Shown: positions 32,478 through 43,086, numbered from the stretch's first letter. The stretch is 64,000 bases of DNA from Verrucomicrobiales bacterium (GCA_038139415.1 JAYOSV010000012.1:1-64000), one strand, 5' to 3'. The notes: generated by a model from the letters alone, not told the origin. A program made the numbers and translations.

Positions 32478-33842
32478 TTAAATCTCCCAGCCTTTCCGAT
32501 AGTCCTTGGTGGCCAGCGCGGCGGCTTTTTTGTTGGAGGAATTGAGCTTGTCCGCGTTCCAGTCGAATCCTTCGCCGACCTTCATGGCGATGTTGCCCAT
32601 AAGGATGGCTTCAGTGAAGTTACCGGCGTGGTTGAAGTTGCTCAGGGCAATCTCAGGTTTGCCGGCCTTGATGGCCTCGGCCCATTCGATTTTCATCCCC
32701 ACGTCGCCGCGGTTGTTGCGGGCCAGCACAGGGTCAACCTTCTTGTATTCAGGCGCCTTAGTGCCACCGGCCACGGGAAGGAGTTGCCAACTGGAACCAT
32801 AATCATTAGGCGAATATAGAATTCCCTTGGTGCCTACAATCAGCGAGCCGCTGTTGGGCGGGCGGTTGCCATGGAAAAGCTCCACGGGCGGCAGTTTCTT
32901 TTTGCCGTCCTGTTTGCCTTCGTACCAGAAAAAGTCCACGGGTCCGCGGCCTTTGATGGCGGGAAATTTCAGTTTCACAATTGCCCAAGCCGGGAAAGTC
33001 TCGGGATTGACAGGGCCAACAGTGATCGGCTCCACCCAGTTTGGCTGGGTGAGTTTGCAGCCCATGTAGGCAAGGTTGGCGGTGTGGCAAGCCATGTCGC
33101 CCATCGCGCCGGTACCGTAATCCCACCAGCCGCGCCACTTGAAGGGATGATAACCGGAATTGTACGGCCGCATTTCGGCCGGTCCGATGAAGGAATTCCA
33201 ATCCACATGATCAGGCACGGGTTGCTCGGGCAAACGCTTGGTCACTCCCGGGGCCTGCGGCCACACAGGGCGGTTGGTCCACACGTGGCATTCCTTGATC
33301 TCGCCAATGGCGCCGGCCCACAACGCCTCCACGCCCTCGCGCATGCCAGTGCTCGCGGTGCCTTGGTTACCCATCTGCGTGCAAACCTTGTTCTTCTCCG
33401 CCACTAACCGCATTTGGCGCGCTTCCCACACAGTATGGGTCAACGGCTTTTGGCAATACACGTGAATGCCTTGGTTCATCGCGCGGATGGCGGCCGGCGC
33501 GTGGGTGTGATCCGGGGTAGACACGGTGCAGGCATCGATGTCCTTGCCCATCTTGTCGAGCATCTCGCGGAAGTCGGTAAACTTCTTGGCCTTGGGCCAT
33601 TTCTTGGCCGCGCCACCGCCGCGATTGAAATCACAATCACAAAGCGCAATCACCTCACCAACCTCGCCGGCGCCGCTAATGTCGCTGCCACCTTTGCCAC
33701 CCACTCCGATGCCGGCCATGGTGATGCGTTCATTGGCGCCAAACACACGTGCGGGAAGGAAGTTCACAGCGATGGCCGAGGCCGTGCCGGCCTTCAGGAT
33801 GTCGCGTCGAGTATAAGTTTTGATGAGGGTCTTGCGTGACAT
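32478..33842 (-). CDS. Gfo/Idh/MocA-family NAD(P)-dependent oxidoreductase, TAT-exported
   Basis: TAT signal RRDILKAGTASAIA. Rossmann motif AGIGVGGKG. The pattern typical of this family in PVC bacteria. Confidence 0.85.
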   Translation of the reverse strand: MSRKTLIKTYTRRDILKAGTASAIAVNFLPARVFGANERITMAGIGVGGKGGSDISGAGEVGEVIALCDCDFNRGGGAAKKWPKAKKFTDFREMLDKMGKDIDACTVSTPDHTHAPAAIRAMNQGIHVYCQKPLTHTVWEARQMRLVAEKNKVCTQMGNQGTASTGMREGVEALWAGAIGEIKECHVWTNRPVWPQAPGVTKRLPEQPVPDHVDWNSFIGPAEMRPYNSGYHPFKWRGWWDYGTGAMGDMACHTANLAYMGCKLTQPNWVEPITVGPVNPETFPAWAIVKLKFPAIKGRGPVDFFWYEGKQDGKKKLPPVELFHGNRPPNSGSLIVGTKGILYSPNDYGSSWQLLPVAGGTKAPEYKKVDPVLARNNRGDVGMKIEWAEAIKAGKPEIALSNFNHAGNFTEAILMGNIAMKVGEGFDWNADKLNSSNKKAAALATKDYRKGWEI

Positions 33843-33976
33843 AAGAGAGAATTGATAGGGTTAACGGTGGCGTAAGTATCCGCCGCGTCCGCGGATGCGC
33901 AAGTGAAAAAGGTTGAAGATGAAATTGTTTTCCGAGCATCCTTTCCCTCGCCACGTCGTCTCTGGAACGTTACACC

Positions 33977-34276
33977 TTGGTTACGATGGAATATCTTTCC
34001 GAACACGCGCTGCAATACAAGGGCAGCGACTGGGCAGCGATGGTGTTTACCTTTGTTTCGTTGTATCTGCTGGGAAATAAAAGCCGCACCGGCTTTTTAA
34101 TAGGGATTATCGCAAATGTGTTTTGGTTCGCCTACGGCTATCTGACCGGTAGTGTCGCTAATATGTTTTGTTCCTCGGTGGTCATTTATCTACAAGCCCG
34201 CGGTTGGGTCAATTGGGGCAAGGATACAGACCAGCTTCCCGCTTCTGCAAACTCGACGAACAGCGAGTCCCAATAA
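33977..34276 (+). CDS. Small (99 aa) three-TM membrane protein, hypothetical (PnuC/LAB_N-like?)
   Basis: Sits in a 600-bp lower-GC intergenic region. Three hydrophobic segments. Followed by the hairpin ATGACG-gcattgg-CGTCAT and a T-rich tract at about 34298-34335. Confidence 0.35.
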   Translation: MVTMEYLSEHALQYKGSDWAAMVFTFVSLYLLGNKSRTGFLIGIIANVFWFAYGYLTGSVANMFCSSVVIYLQARGWVNWGKDTDQLPASANSTNSESQ

Positions 34277-34444
34277 CGTTCCAAGATCATGAAAACTCTC
34301 GTATGACGGCATTGGCGTCATCGTGTTCTTTTTCCTGTTTGCCATTAACATAGCCATCCTGCCCAATGGGGTTTGAATAGCTTTTCCTGCAGCTTCACCC
34401 TGCGCTTGCCTTTGCCGTGGCAGGATGCTTGAGTGGCCGCGACC

Positions 34445-35998
34445 ATGAAGTTCATCTCACGCATTGCCCTGTTGCTGTTGGCCGTTTGGCTAGCCATTCC
34501 GTCGAGCGCCGACGAGCGCCCGAATATCCTCTTTGTCTTTACCGACGACCACGCGGCGCATGCGATCAGTGCGTACGGCTCGAAGATCAACACCACGCCG
34601 CACATGGACCGCATCGCGAGCGAAGGGATGTTGTTCGAGAAATGTTATGTCAGTAATGCCATCTGCGGCCCGAGCCGGGCGGTGATACTCACCGGCAAGC
34701 ACAGCCATCTCAATGGCTTCTTCCGCAACGGCATTACCTTCAACGGTGAGCAGCAAACCTTTCCCAAACTGCTACGCAAAGCCGGCTACACCACGGCGGT
34801 AATCGGTAAATGGCATCTCGGTAGCACCCCCACCGGGTTTGATTATTACGATGTCCTCAAGGGGCAAGGACCTTACTACAACCCACCGATGATTACCGCC
34901 GATGACAACGGCAACCCAGTCACCAAACCGCACACCGGCTACACGACCGATATCATCACGGACAAGACCCTCGCCTGGCTCAAGAACGATCGCGACGAGA
35001 AGAAGCCCTTCATGCTGATGTACCAGCACAAAGCCCCGCACCGCAACTGGCAGCCCGGCCCAGCCCATCTCACCACCTTTGACGACATGGAAATCCCCGA
35101 ACCGGAAACCTTGTGGGACGACTACAAGGGCCGCACCTCGGCCGCCGCCAAACAAGCCATGACCATCGCGCGGCATCTCAGTGAAAACGATCTCAAGCTC
35201 AACCGCGGCCCCGGCAACCTCACCCCCGAGCAGCGCAAACTCTGGGAATCCGCCTACGGGCCCAAAAACGAAGCCTTCCGCAAAGCCAACCTGCAAGGAG
35301 AGGAGCTCGTGAAATGGAAATACCAGCGCTACATAAAGGATTACCTTCGCTGTGTGCAGAGCGTGGATGACAATCTCGGCCGCGTGCTCGATTACCTCGA
35401 CAAAAGCGGTCTCGCCAAGAACACCATCGTCATTTATAGCAGCGATCAGGGTTGGTACCTCGGCGATCATGGCTGGTACGATAAACGCTGGATGTACGAG
35501 GAAAGCCTCGTGATGCCGCTGCTTGTCCGCTGGCCCGGCGTCGTGAAGCCCGGCAGCCGCAACAGCGAAATCGTCTCCAACCTCGATTTTGCCCAGACCT
35601 TCCTCGACATCGCCGGCGTTAAATCCCCCGACGACATGCAAGGCGGCAGCCTCGTACCGCTATTCAAGGGGCATGTTCCCAAGCATTGGCGCACCCATTT
35701 CTACTATCACTACTATGAATTCCCCGGCGCCCACAGCGTGGCTCGCCACTACGGTGTCACCAACGGTCGGCATAAGCTCATTCATTTCTATCAGAACAAT
35801 GAATGGGAACTTTTCGACTTGAAGAAGGATCCAAACGAACTTCAAAGCGTGTACGGCAACAGCGATTATAAGACGATCCAGAGCGATCTCCTCGCCGAAC
35901 TCAAGCGCCTGCGCGTCCACTACAAGGTGCCCGAGGAAGATCCCGTACCCCCAAAGCGCAAACGGCCCAACCAACCGAATAGGCCGAAGAAAAAATAA
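34445..35998 (+). CDS. Sulfatase (arylsulfatase/N-sulfoglucosamine sulfohydrolase family), secreted
   Basis: Signal peptide. FVFTDDH. Formylglycine motif [11 protein letters not shown]. The start is taken at MKFIS (34445). Confidence 0.85.
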   Translation: MKFISRIALLLLAVWLAIPSSADERPNILFVFTDDHAAHAISAYGSKINTTPHMDRIASEGMLFEKCYVSNAICGPSRAVILTGKHSHLNGFFRNGITFNGEQQTFPKLLRKAGYTTAVIGKWHLGSTPTGFDYYDVLKGQGPYYNPPMITADDNGNPVTKPHTGYTTDIITDKTLAWLKNDRDEKKPFMLMYQHKAPHRNWQPGPAHLTTFDDMEIPEPETLWDDYKGRTSAAAKQAMTIARHLSENDLKLNRGPGNLTPEQRKLWESAYGPKNEAFRKANLQGEELVKWKYQRYIKDYLRCVQSVDDNLGRVLDYLDKSGLAKNTIVIYSSDQGWYLGDHGWYDKRWMYEESLVMPLLVRWPGVVKPGSRNSEIVSNLDFAQTFLDIAGVKSPDDMQGGSLVPLFKGHVPKHWRTHFYYHYYEFPGAHSVARHYGVTNGRHKLIHFYQNNEWELFDLKKDPNELQSVYGNSDYKTIQSDLLAELKRLRVHYKVPEEDPVPPKRKRPNQPNRPKKK

Positions 35999-36006
35999 CC
36001 CGACCC

Positions 36007-36034
36007 AAGGCGAGGGCAACCTCGCCTTTTTTCT
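36007..36034 (+). terminator. Rho-independent terminator after the sulfatase gene
   Basis: GGCGAGG-gcaac-CCTCGCC followed by TTTTTTC. Confidence 0.75.
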
Positions 36035-36046
36035 TGTACCCCTGCA

Positions 36047-37360
36047 ATGGCGGCCGATTCCACTTCACCGCTGACGCAAAGCGTCATCATTCGCACCTGG
36101 CTGCCGCTCGCTGCCAGTTGGCTATTGATGGGCGCGGAGCTGCCTCTGCTTAGTGCGGTGGTGGCACGACTGGAAAATCCCGACATTCATTTGGCCGCCT
36201 ACAGCGGTATTGTCTTTCCGCTGGCCCTGGTGATCGAGTCGCCCATCATTATGCTGCTCACCGCCGCCACCGCCCTGGGGCGCGATCTGAATGCCTACCA
36301 CAAACTCTGGCGGCTCACCAATCTACTCGGGCTAGCCCTCACCGCCCTGCACATGCTCCTGGCGTTTACGCCGTTATACGATTGGGTCGCTCGATCGCTG
36401 ATCGGGGCGCCGGAGGAAATCATTGAGCCTGGTCGAATTGGCCTGCAAATCATGACCCCCTGGACCTGGGCCATCGGTTACCGGCGTTTTCATCAGGGTG
36501 TCCTCATTCGGTTTGGCCATGCCGGCGCAGTCGGCTGGGGCACCGCCATGCGGTTGCTGGCGGATGTGGTGGTGCTCGGAATTGGGTTCGCCTTACACAA
36601 GTACTCGGGCATCGTGGTGGCTACCTCGGCCGTAGCCGTTGGGGTTCTCGCCGAGGCGGTCTACATCCGCTGGCGATTCCAGCGTGTGCTCACCGGGCCA
36701 CTAGCCGAAGCCACCGGCCCGGCCATTACCATGCGCGAAGTGGTGCTCTTTTATCTGCCCATCGCCTTTGCGCCCACCATCGGATTGCTGGGCCAACCGA
36801 TCCTTACCGGCGCCATGAGCCGGCTGGAGGTTCCCATGCTCACACTCGCCGTGTGGCCCACATTAAACAGCCTGATCTTCATGCTGCGATCCGCCGGCAT
36901 TGCATACACCGAAGTGGTCGTGGCCCTGCTCGACCGCCCCGAAGGCCGCGCGCAATTGTTCCGGTTCACCGTGCTACTCAGCGTGGTCTTATCCATCCCT
37001 CTGCTGGTGCTCTGCCTCACGCCGTTGATTGATGTGTGGTTTGAGAAATTCATCGGCCTGCGACCTGAGCTGGCTGCGATGGGCAAGACCGCCCTATGGT
37101 TTGCCGTCGCCTTGCCAGCGTTCACCACATGGTGCTGTTACTTTGAGGGAGTGCTGATCCATCACAAACGCAGCACGCCGGTAACCGAGGCGGTGGTCTT
37201 TTATATCGTCACTCTATTCACTTTTTTGTATTTCACCGTGACCGCCCAGAGCCAACCCGGCCTCAACGCCGCCGTCAGCGCCATGACCCTCGGCGGCCTT
37301 AGCCAAATGCTCTGGCTCGGCTGGCGCAGCCGCGGCTTGCACACGGAGTCGGCGCGCTGA
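36047..37360 (+). CDS. Multipass (≈12 TM) membrane protein, MOP/MATE-superfamily-like, hypothetical
   Basis: 437 aa, hydrophobic throughout. No catalytic motif recognised. The family assignment is tentative. Confidence 0.4.
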   Translation: MAADSTSPLTQSVIIRTWLPLAASWLLMGAELPLLSAVVARLENPDIHLAAYSGIVFPLALVIESPIIMLLTAATALGRDLNAYHKLWRLTNLLGLALTALHMLLAFTPLYDWVARSLIGAPEEIIEPGRIGLQIMTPWTWAIGYRRFHQGVLIRFGHAGAVGWGTAMRLLADVVVLGIGFALHKYSGIVVATSAVAVGVLAEAVYIRWRFQRVLTGPLAEATGPAITMREVVLFYLPIAFAPTIGLLGQPILTGAMSRLEVPMLTLAVWPTLNSLIFMLRSAGIAYTEVVVALLDRPEGRAQLFRFTVLLSVVLSIPLLVLCLTPLIDVWFEKFIGLRPELAAMGKTALWFAVALPAFTTWCCYFEGVLIHHKRSTPVTEAVVFYIVTLFTFLYFTVTAQSQPGLNAAVSAMTLGGLSQMLWLGWRSRGLHTESAR

Positions 37361-37375
37361 TACCAAGCGGTTTTG

Positions 37376-37726
37376 TCAATCCAACCGGTTGTATTTGAGG
37401 TTACTCCCACGGGCTTTTTCAACCGGGTACTTGGCCGCGTTCTTGTCCAGCTTACGAAGCATTTCCTGACCTAGATCCATTTCAAGTAGATCGGCGAGTT
37501 CGAAGAGGTAGATGGCCACATCGGCCATTTCATCGGCCACGGCTTCGCGGTTCTCCTGTAAATGCGTCTCGCATTCCTTGGCGTTTTTCCACTGAAATTG
37601 TTCCAGCAATTCCGCCGACTCGATGCTAATGGAGACGGCCATGTCCTTGGGATTGTGAAACTGTTTCCAATCCCGGGCATCGCGGAAAGCGTTGATGCGG
37701 GTAGTGAGATCGCGAATGGAATCCAT
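37376..37726 (-). CDS. MazG-like nucleotide pyrophosphohydrolase (all-alpha NTP-PPase)
   Basis: 116 aa. ESAELLEQFQW and EMADVAIYL motifs of the MazG/dCTPase family. Confidence 0.75.
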   Translation of the reverse strand: MDSIRDLTTRINAFRDARDWKQFHNPKDMAVSISIESAELLEQFQWKNAKECETHLQENREAVADEMADVAIYLFELADLLEMDLGQEMLRKLDKNAAKYPVEKARGSNLKYNRLD

Positions 37727-37816
37727 GCCGCTGCCTAACGACCGCGCGCAGGCTTGGCAATGGCGACTTTTTCACTGGTAACCCCGCACTCGCCAGCGCT
37801 GTGGTTGAAAGTGAGA

Positions 37817-39001
37817 CTATTTGCCGAGCATTCCCAACAACGCTTTGGCGGCCGCCTTGGAGAATTGTGGTGCGTTAATGGAGCAGTCGAATTCTTCCAC
37901 GGCGATGTCGTCGCGCAGGTGAGTTTTAAGAGTGTCAAACAACGCCTCGTCCGCTGCGCCATCGTGAAAAGGTCCATCGGGCTGGCTAATCACACTGATG
38001 CCGCCTCTAGGCAGTAGCACTCTGACCGGACCGGTGGAGAGATTGATTTTTCCCGCGAGTAGTTTGCCTAAAGCCAGGCATTCATCTACCGAAGTGCGCA
38101 TGAGTGTGACCTGCGGGTTGTGATGGTAAAATATGCGGCCGGAAAATTTCGCTGGCACGGTATCCGATTCGCCGAAGTTGGCCATATCCATGCAACCCGG
38201 CGCGATAACAGCCGGAACGCCCGCACGGGCGGCAGCCTCCAATCGCGTAGGGCCCGCACCGAGGATGCCGCCGATGTGTTCATCCGCCCATTCGGTGGTG
38301 GTGAGATCCAGCACGCCTGCCACGAGTCCGGTTTCGATCAATGATTCCATCGTGCGCCCGCCCGTGCCTGAGGCGTGAAACACCAGCACCTCATATCCCG
38401 CTGCCTCAAGCAGGTCTTTCGCGTGATTCACGCAGTCGGTGGTGTTGCCAAACATGCTGGCGGCAATTACCGGTTTATCCTCAGCCGCCGGCACCACGGT
38501 CTCAACCATCCCGCAAATGGCACCTGCGGCATTGGCAAAGATGGGTCGCGAGATCCGATTCAGGCCGGCCACATCCACGATACTCGGCATCATGGTCACA
38601 TCCTTCACGCCCATGTAGACCGGCGCGCTTTCGCTCGCGGCAAGTGTGGAGACCATCAGCTTGGGTAAGCCCACCGGCAACGCTCGCATCGCCGATGTGC
38701 CGATCGCGGTGCCGCCGCCGCCGCCCAGTGAAATGATTCCGTCGATTTTCCCTTCAGCCACCAGTTTCGCACAAAACGCCGCCGCAGCTTGAGAGATGGC
38801 AGCCACGGCTTCACCTCGATCTGTAAAGGTTTGTGAACCAATGAGTTCTGTCCGGAGAACATCCGGCAACACCGTCGGCGCGCCTTGCGTGCCCACATCA
38901 ATCAACAGTACCTTGTGCCCGCGCGCGCGAATAAGCTCGGCCACATACGCATGCTCCTCCCCTTTGGTATCGAGCGTCCCGAGAATGGCGATGGTTTTCA
39001 T
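37817..39001 (-). CDS. UPF0261 / Tm-1-like N-terminal-domain protein
   Basis: MKTIAILGTLDTKGEE... with the overall UPF0261 pattern. Sits adjacent to its usual TIM-barrel partner. Confidence 0.65.
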   Translation of the reverse strand: MKTIAILGTLDTKGEEHAYVAELIRARGHKVLLIDVGTQGAPTVLPDVLRTELIGSQTFTDRGEAVAAISQAAAAFCAKLVAEGKIDGIISLGGGGGTAIGTSAMRALPVGLPKLMVSTLAASESAPVYMGVKDVTMMPSIVDVAGLNRISRPIFANAAGAICGMVETVVPAAEDKPVIAASMFGNTTDCVNHAKDLLEAAGYEVLVFHASGTGGRTMESLIETGLVAGVLDLTTTEWADEHIGGILGAGPTRLEAAARAGVPAVIAPGCMDMANFGESDTVPAKFSGRIFYHHNPQVTLMRTSVDECLALGKLLAGKINLSTGPVRVLLPRGGISVISQPDGPFHDGAADEALFDTLKTHLRDDIAVEEFDCSINAPQFSKAAAKALLGMLGK

Positions 39002-39058
39002 TGGTTCTTCATCGAGAACACTGAGGGTAAATTCTGATTTCTCTCTGTGTCTCTGTGG

Positions 39059-39940
39059 TTAATTACCCGGTAACTTAATTTCACAAAACTTCCGAACCTG
39101 CTCGGTGAGAGCCGTTTCCACTGGCAACCGTTCCATGGAGCTGGCGCCATAAAAGCCATCGATGCCTGGACATTGTTCGATAATGAACCGCGCATCCTCT
39201 GGCTCGGCGATCGGGCCGCCGTGGCAAATCACCAGCACATCATCCCGCACGGCCTTAGCCGCGTCGGTGATGGCTGTCACCGCACCTGCGGCGTCCTTGA
39301 GCGTCATGGCTGTTTCCGCGCCGATGGTGCCCTTGGTGGTGAGGCCCATGTGAGCAACGATGATGTCTGCCCCGGCGCGTGTCATGCGTTCGGCTTCGTC
39401 GGGGTTGAACACATACGGAGTAGTGAGCAAATCCAAATCACGCGCCGCAGCCACGAGGTCCACCTCCAGTCCATAGCCCATGCCGGTCTCTTCAAGGTTG
39501 GTGCGCATCTTGCCATCGAACAAACCGACGGTCGGAAAATTCTGAATGCCCGCGAAGCCCATATCCTTAAGCTGGCGCAGGAAATAATCGCGCAACATGA
39601 ACGGGTCCGTGCCGTTCACCCCGGCCAACACCGGCGTGTGCTCCACGGCGGTTAATACCTCAGACGCCATTTCTACCACGATCTCATTGGCGTTTCCATA
39701 AGCCATCAAACCACTGAGCGATCCTCGACCGGCCATTCGATAGCGACCGGAATTATAAATCACAATCAAATCAATGCCACCGGCCTCTTCGCATTTGGCG
39801 GAAATCCCCGTACCCGCACCGCCTCCAATAATAGGGCGCCCATCGGCCACCTTAGCCCGAAGCCGGGTCAGAATACCTGCTCGCGATTGATCCATGCTGC
39901 TCATGGGCCAAGCATTACCGGCGATTTGATCGGTTGGCAA
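39059..39940 (-). CDS. Phosphoenolpyruvate hydrolase-like TIM-barrel protein (Tm-1-like C-terminal-domain partner)
   Basis: Family-typical blocks [35 protein letters not shown] and [15 protein letters not shown]. Confidence 0.65.
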   Translation of the reverse strand: MPTDQIAGNAWPMSSMDQSRAGILTRLRAKVADGRPIIGGGAGTGISAKCEEAGGIDLIVIYNSGRYRMAGRGSLSGLMAYGNANEIVVEMASEVLTAVEHTPVLAGVNGTDPFMLRDYFLRQLKDMGFAGIQNFPTVGLFDGKMRTNLEETGMGYGLEVDLVAAARDLDLLTTPYVFNPDEAERMTRAGADIIVAHMGLTTKGTIGAETAMTLKDAAGAVTAITDAAKAVRDDVLVICHGGPIAEPEDARFIIEQCPGIDGFYGASSMERLPVETALTEQVRKFCEIKLPGN

Positions 39941-40131
39941 CGGTCAGCAATAATTTCCACCGTTGCTAAGGTTTTCCGATTTCATGAAATACCCTAATAA
40001 CCGCCGGTTGGGGCGGTCTTTAGTCGTCACGGAGAGGAGGCGCGATCAGGGGTCTCGGGTTGTTTGTGATCAACCTGCTCCGTGGCGACTATTTCAATTT
40101 AATATGAAAAAGGAACGCAATATGCTGGATT

Positions 40132-40205
40132 GGGTGATGATCGTCATCGCCACGATCTCGCTCGGCATTGTGATCTTTTCGATTTGGTCTATGATGCGTG
40201 CCTGA
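40132..40205 (+). CDS. Possible 24-aa hydrophobic leader peptide upstream of the ECF sigma gene
   Basis: ATG preceded by aaaaaggaacgcaat. Encodes MLDWVMIVIATISLGIVIFSIWSMMRA. Its stop overlaps the sigma-factor start region. Confidence 0.25.
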
Positions 40206-40746
40206 GATGGAACCGGATAAACCCATCCCCCACCAAATGCAGGTGCAGCAACTTTTTGTGAAACATCAGGGAGCACTCAAACGCTATATCCTCTCGCTTG
40301 TGCCGGATTTCGCGGATGCGGATGATGTGTTGCAACAGGTGTTTCTCACTGTCTCGGACAAGGCGGATGACTACGAACTGGAAACCAACTTCATGGCATG
40401 GGCCCGCACAATTTCACGCTACAAGATCATGAACTATTGGCGCCGCCAGAAATCCGCTCCCGAAGCGTTATCCGAAGAGGTTCTTGAAACGTTGGCCACC
40501 GAGCCGCCCGAGGAAGAGCCGGAGGAATCCGCCTTTGCCCGCAATCTTGGGGATTGCCTGAGCCAGTTGCCACCCACCGCGCGGGAGCTGGTTGAGCTGC
40601 GTTACCAACGCGAACTGAAACCCGGCGCCATTGCTGACCTGAAGAACTGGACGCCCAATTCTGTGTACGTTGCCCTTTCCCGCGCCCGCGCGCTATTGCG
40701 TGATTGCCTTGAATCCAAACTCACCCCCAATGAACCCAATGCCTGA
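40198..40746 (+). CDS. ECF-subfamily RNA polymerase sigma-70 factor
   Basis: Region 2 (FMAWARTISRYKIMNYWRR) and region 4 (ELVELRYQRELKPGAIADL) patterns. The track start at 40198 is a GTG; an ATG at 40207 is the alternative. Confidence 0.8.
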   Translation: MPEMEPDKPIPHQMQVQQLFVKHQGALKRYILSLVPDFADADDVLQQVFLTVSDKADDYELETNFMAWARTISRYKIMNYWRRQKSAPEALSEEVLETLATEPPEEEPEESAFARNLGDCLSQLPPTARELVELRYQRELKPGAIADLKNWTPNSVYVALSRARALLRDCLESKLTPNEPNA

Positions 40747-42163
40747 GGCCATGAATGATCCCCGATTAACCCTGTTGATAGACCGCTATCTGGACGGTTC
40801 CTTATCGCCCGCCGAGAAGATTGAACTGGAAACCGAACTGCTCGCGCACGCCGGGGCGCGCCGACAATTTTGGGCGCAAGCTCGCCTGCACGGTGCACTG
40901 CACGAGGCCATGCAACTCAGTGCCGCCCAGCCCAAGCACCACACCGGTTTCCGGGAGACCCTCGCGCATTGGCCGATGTGGAAACATTACGCGGCGTTGT
41001 TCGTGCTCTTCCTCGGTATTTGTTATTGGTCGTACAATTACAAACCCGCTTCAGCCCCCAAGACTCCACAGCAATTGGCCGTGCTCACCTATCGGGATGC
41101 GGCGGCAGCCAACGAGTTTGAGACCGGCGAAATCATCCTTTCCGGCGACCTGCGCATTGCTCAGGGCACCGTGGAGCTGAGCCTGTTTAATGCCGTCACC
41201 CTCACCGTACAAGGTCCTGCTCATTTGGATTTGCGTTCGCCGGAAAATATCATCCTACATCAGGGCCGCCTGCACGCGCATGTACCCGAGCCGGCCAAAG
41301 GATTTACCATCACCACGTCCGCTGGCCGATTGGTGGATCTCGGTACGGACTTCGGCGTCTCCGCCTTGGCGGAAAACCTCGTGGAAGCCGCCGTATTTAG
41401 CGGGCAAGTTGAAGTCTTTGCCGGCAAGGACCAGTTTATCCTAAACGCCAATGAAGGCGTACGATTGCAACCCGGCAAGGCACCTGAGAAACGCACCTTG
41501 AGCCAAGGCCATTTTCCTTTACCGCATAAACACTTGGGCAATCTGTTAGTGGATGGCGATTTCGAATCGGACACGCAACTCTCCACTTACGACATCCCCT
41601 CGCAAGCTGGCCGATGGAGCGGTGATGTCGCCCGGCTCGTGTCCGCCGAGAATGATATTACCCCCGAATCCGGCACCGGTATGCTTCGATTTATTAACAC
41701 CTTCAACCACATGGAGGATCCGGATCTGGAAGCCACCAACCTGGCCTGTGAACAATGGCAGGTGATCGATCTGGCTGAGTTCAAGAAACAAACTCCCGGC
41801 GCAAAATTTCAAGTGCGCGCTCAGGCCCGGTTCAATCGCGCCGCCGACTCCATTGATTCCGGTTTTGCCCTAGGCGTTTATGCCTACAACGGAACCCCAT
41901 CGGGAGCCCATGCCAGCTGGAAAAAACACAGCCTGCGTTTAGCTGGCCATTTCAAGGCGATCAACACCGATTCCGATCCCGCCACATGGGAAACCGCCAG
42001 CATCAATCTGAATGTCCCGCGCGAAGCCGACTTCCTCCTCCTGCGCGTATACGCCGTGGAAAACCGGAAAGATGATTCCATCTCAGAAACGGAATTTGCC
42101 GGTCATTACGCCGACTCCATCCAGTTCAACATCCAGCGCGCACCCGTGCCAGCCAGCAACTAA
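40730..42163 (+). CDS. Anti-sigma factor (FecR-like) with C-terminal beta-rich extracytoplasmic domain
   Basis: Overlaps the sigma gene end. N-terminal anti-sigma helix (LLIDRYLDGSLSPAEKIELETELLAH). Single TM. FecR-like region. The start is ambiguous: ATG at 40730, 40739 or 40751. Confidence 0.6.
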   Translation: MNPMPEAMNDPRLTLLIDRYLDGSLSPAEKIELETELLAHAGARRQFWAQARLHGALHEAMQLSAAQPKHHTGFRETLAHWPMWKHYAALFVLFLGICYWSYNYKPASAPKTPQQLAVLTYRDAAAANEFETGEIILSGDLRIAQGTVELSLFNAVTLTVQGPAHLDLRSPENIILHQGRLHAHVPEPAKGFTITTSAGRLVDLGTDFGVSALAENLVEAAVFSGQVEVFAGKDQFILNANEGVRLQPGKAPEKRTLSQGHFPLPHKHLGNLLVDGDFESDTQLSTYDIPSQAGRWSGDVARLVSAENDITPESGTGMLRFINTFNHMEDPDLEATNLACEQWQVIDLAEFKKQTPGAKFQVRAQARFNRAADSIDSGFALGVYAYNGTPSGAHASWKKHSLRLAGHFKAINTDSDPATWETASINLNVPREADFLLLRVYAVENRKDDSISETEFAGHYADSIQFNIQRAPVPASN

Positions 42164-42195
42164 TCGTTGCCGCGCCTCGCCCTCAACGGCACACT

Positions 42196-43086
42196 GTGCG
42201 CATGAATCGTCGGCAATTCCTCACCACTACTGCTTTGGCCGCGCCGTTATTGGCCGCTGAAACTCGCGGCAAAAAACGCCGCAATCCTTACTGCGTGTTT
42301 ACCAAGCCGCTGCAAATGCTGTCCTACGATGATCTGGCCGATCTCATCGCCGAGCTGGGCTTTGACGGTATCGAGGGCACCATCCGGCCCGGCGGCCAAA
42401 TCACCCCCGAGCAGGTGCCCGATGAGTTACCCAAGATGATGGCGGCGCTAAAAAAGCGCGGACTAGAGATGACCATCATGGCCTCGGGCATCAACAACGC
42501 CGATGACAAGCTGAACATCCAGCAACTCCAGGTCGCCGCCCAACTCGGCATCAAGCGTTACCGAATGGGCTACCACAAGTACGACCTCAAGAAGCCCGTT
42601 CTCAACCAGGTGAACGAACTGCGGCCGGTGCTCAAGAGCCTCGTGGCACTCAACAAAGAACTCGGTCTGCAAGCGATTTACCAGAACCATTCCGGCAGCA
42701 ACTACGTGGGCGCACCCTTGTGGGATTTGCATGAACTTTTCAAGGCACACGATCCCGCGCATCTGGCCGTAGGCTTCGACATGAGCCACGCCACTGCCGA
42801 AGGCACGCGCGCCTGGCCACTGCACGCCAACTTGCTCCGACCGCGCATCGGCGCCCTGTACGTGAAGGATTTTCGTTGGACCGAAAACAAGCGCGACAAT
42901 TGCCCCTTGGCCGAGGGTATTGTGGACCGAAAATATCCCGCGCAATTGATTGCCAGCGGCTACACGGGCCCGATCAATCTGCACGTGGAATACCTGAAAC
43001 CGTTCAACAAGGAAAACGTGCCCAACCAGATCGCCGCCATCAAGCGCGACTCCGCCACGCTTAAACAATGGCTCGGCTGGAGCTGA
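42196..43086 (+). CDS. Sugar phosphate isomerase/epimerase (xylose-isomerase-like TIM barrel), TAT-exported
   Basis: TAT signal MNRRQFLTTTALAAPLLAA. The pattern typical of the AP-endonuclease-2/xylose-isomerase-like barrel. Confidence 0.75.
   Translation: MRMNRRQFLTTTALAAPLLAAETRGKKRRNPYCVFTKPLQMLSYDDLADLIAELGFDGIEGTIRPGGQITPEQVPDELPKMMAALKKRGLEMTIMASGINNADDKLNIQQLQVAAQLGIKRYRMGYHKYDLKKPVLNQVNELRPVLKSLVALNKELGLQAIYQNHSGSNYVGAPLWDLHELFKAHDPAHLAVGFDMSHATAEGTRAWPLHANLLRPRIGALYVKDFRWTENKRDNCPLAEGIVDRKYPAQLIASGYTGPINLHVEYLKPFNKENVPNQIAAIKRDSATLKQWLGWS

Noticed and set aside
34772-35641. 289-aa minus-strand ORF antisense to the sulfatase gene
   Set aside because: Shadow ORF, Gly/Val/Ala-rich. The sulfatase signature is on the plus strand.
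42463-43068. 201-aa minus-strand ORF antisense to the sugar-phosphate isomerase gene
   Set aside because: Shadow ORF with no motif.
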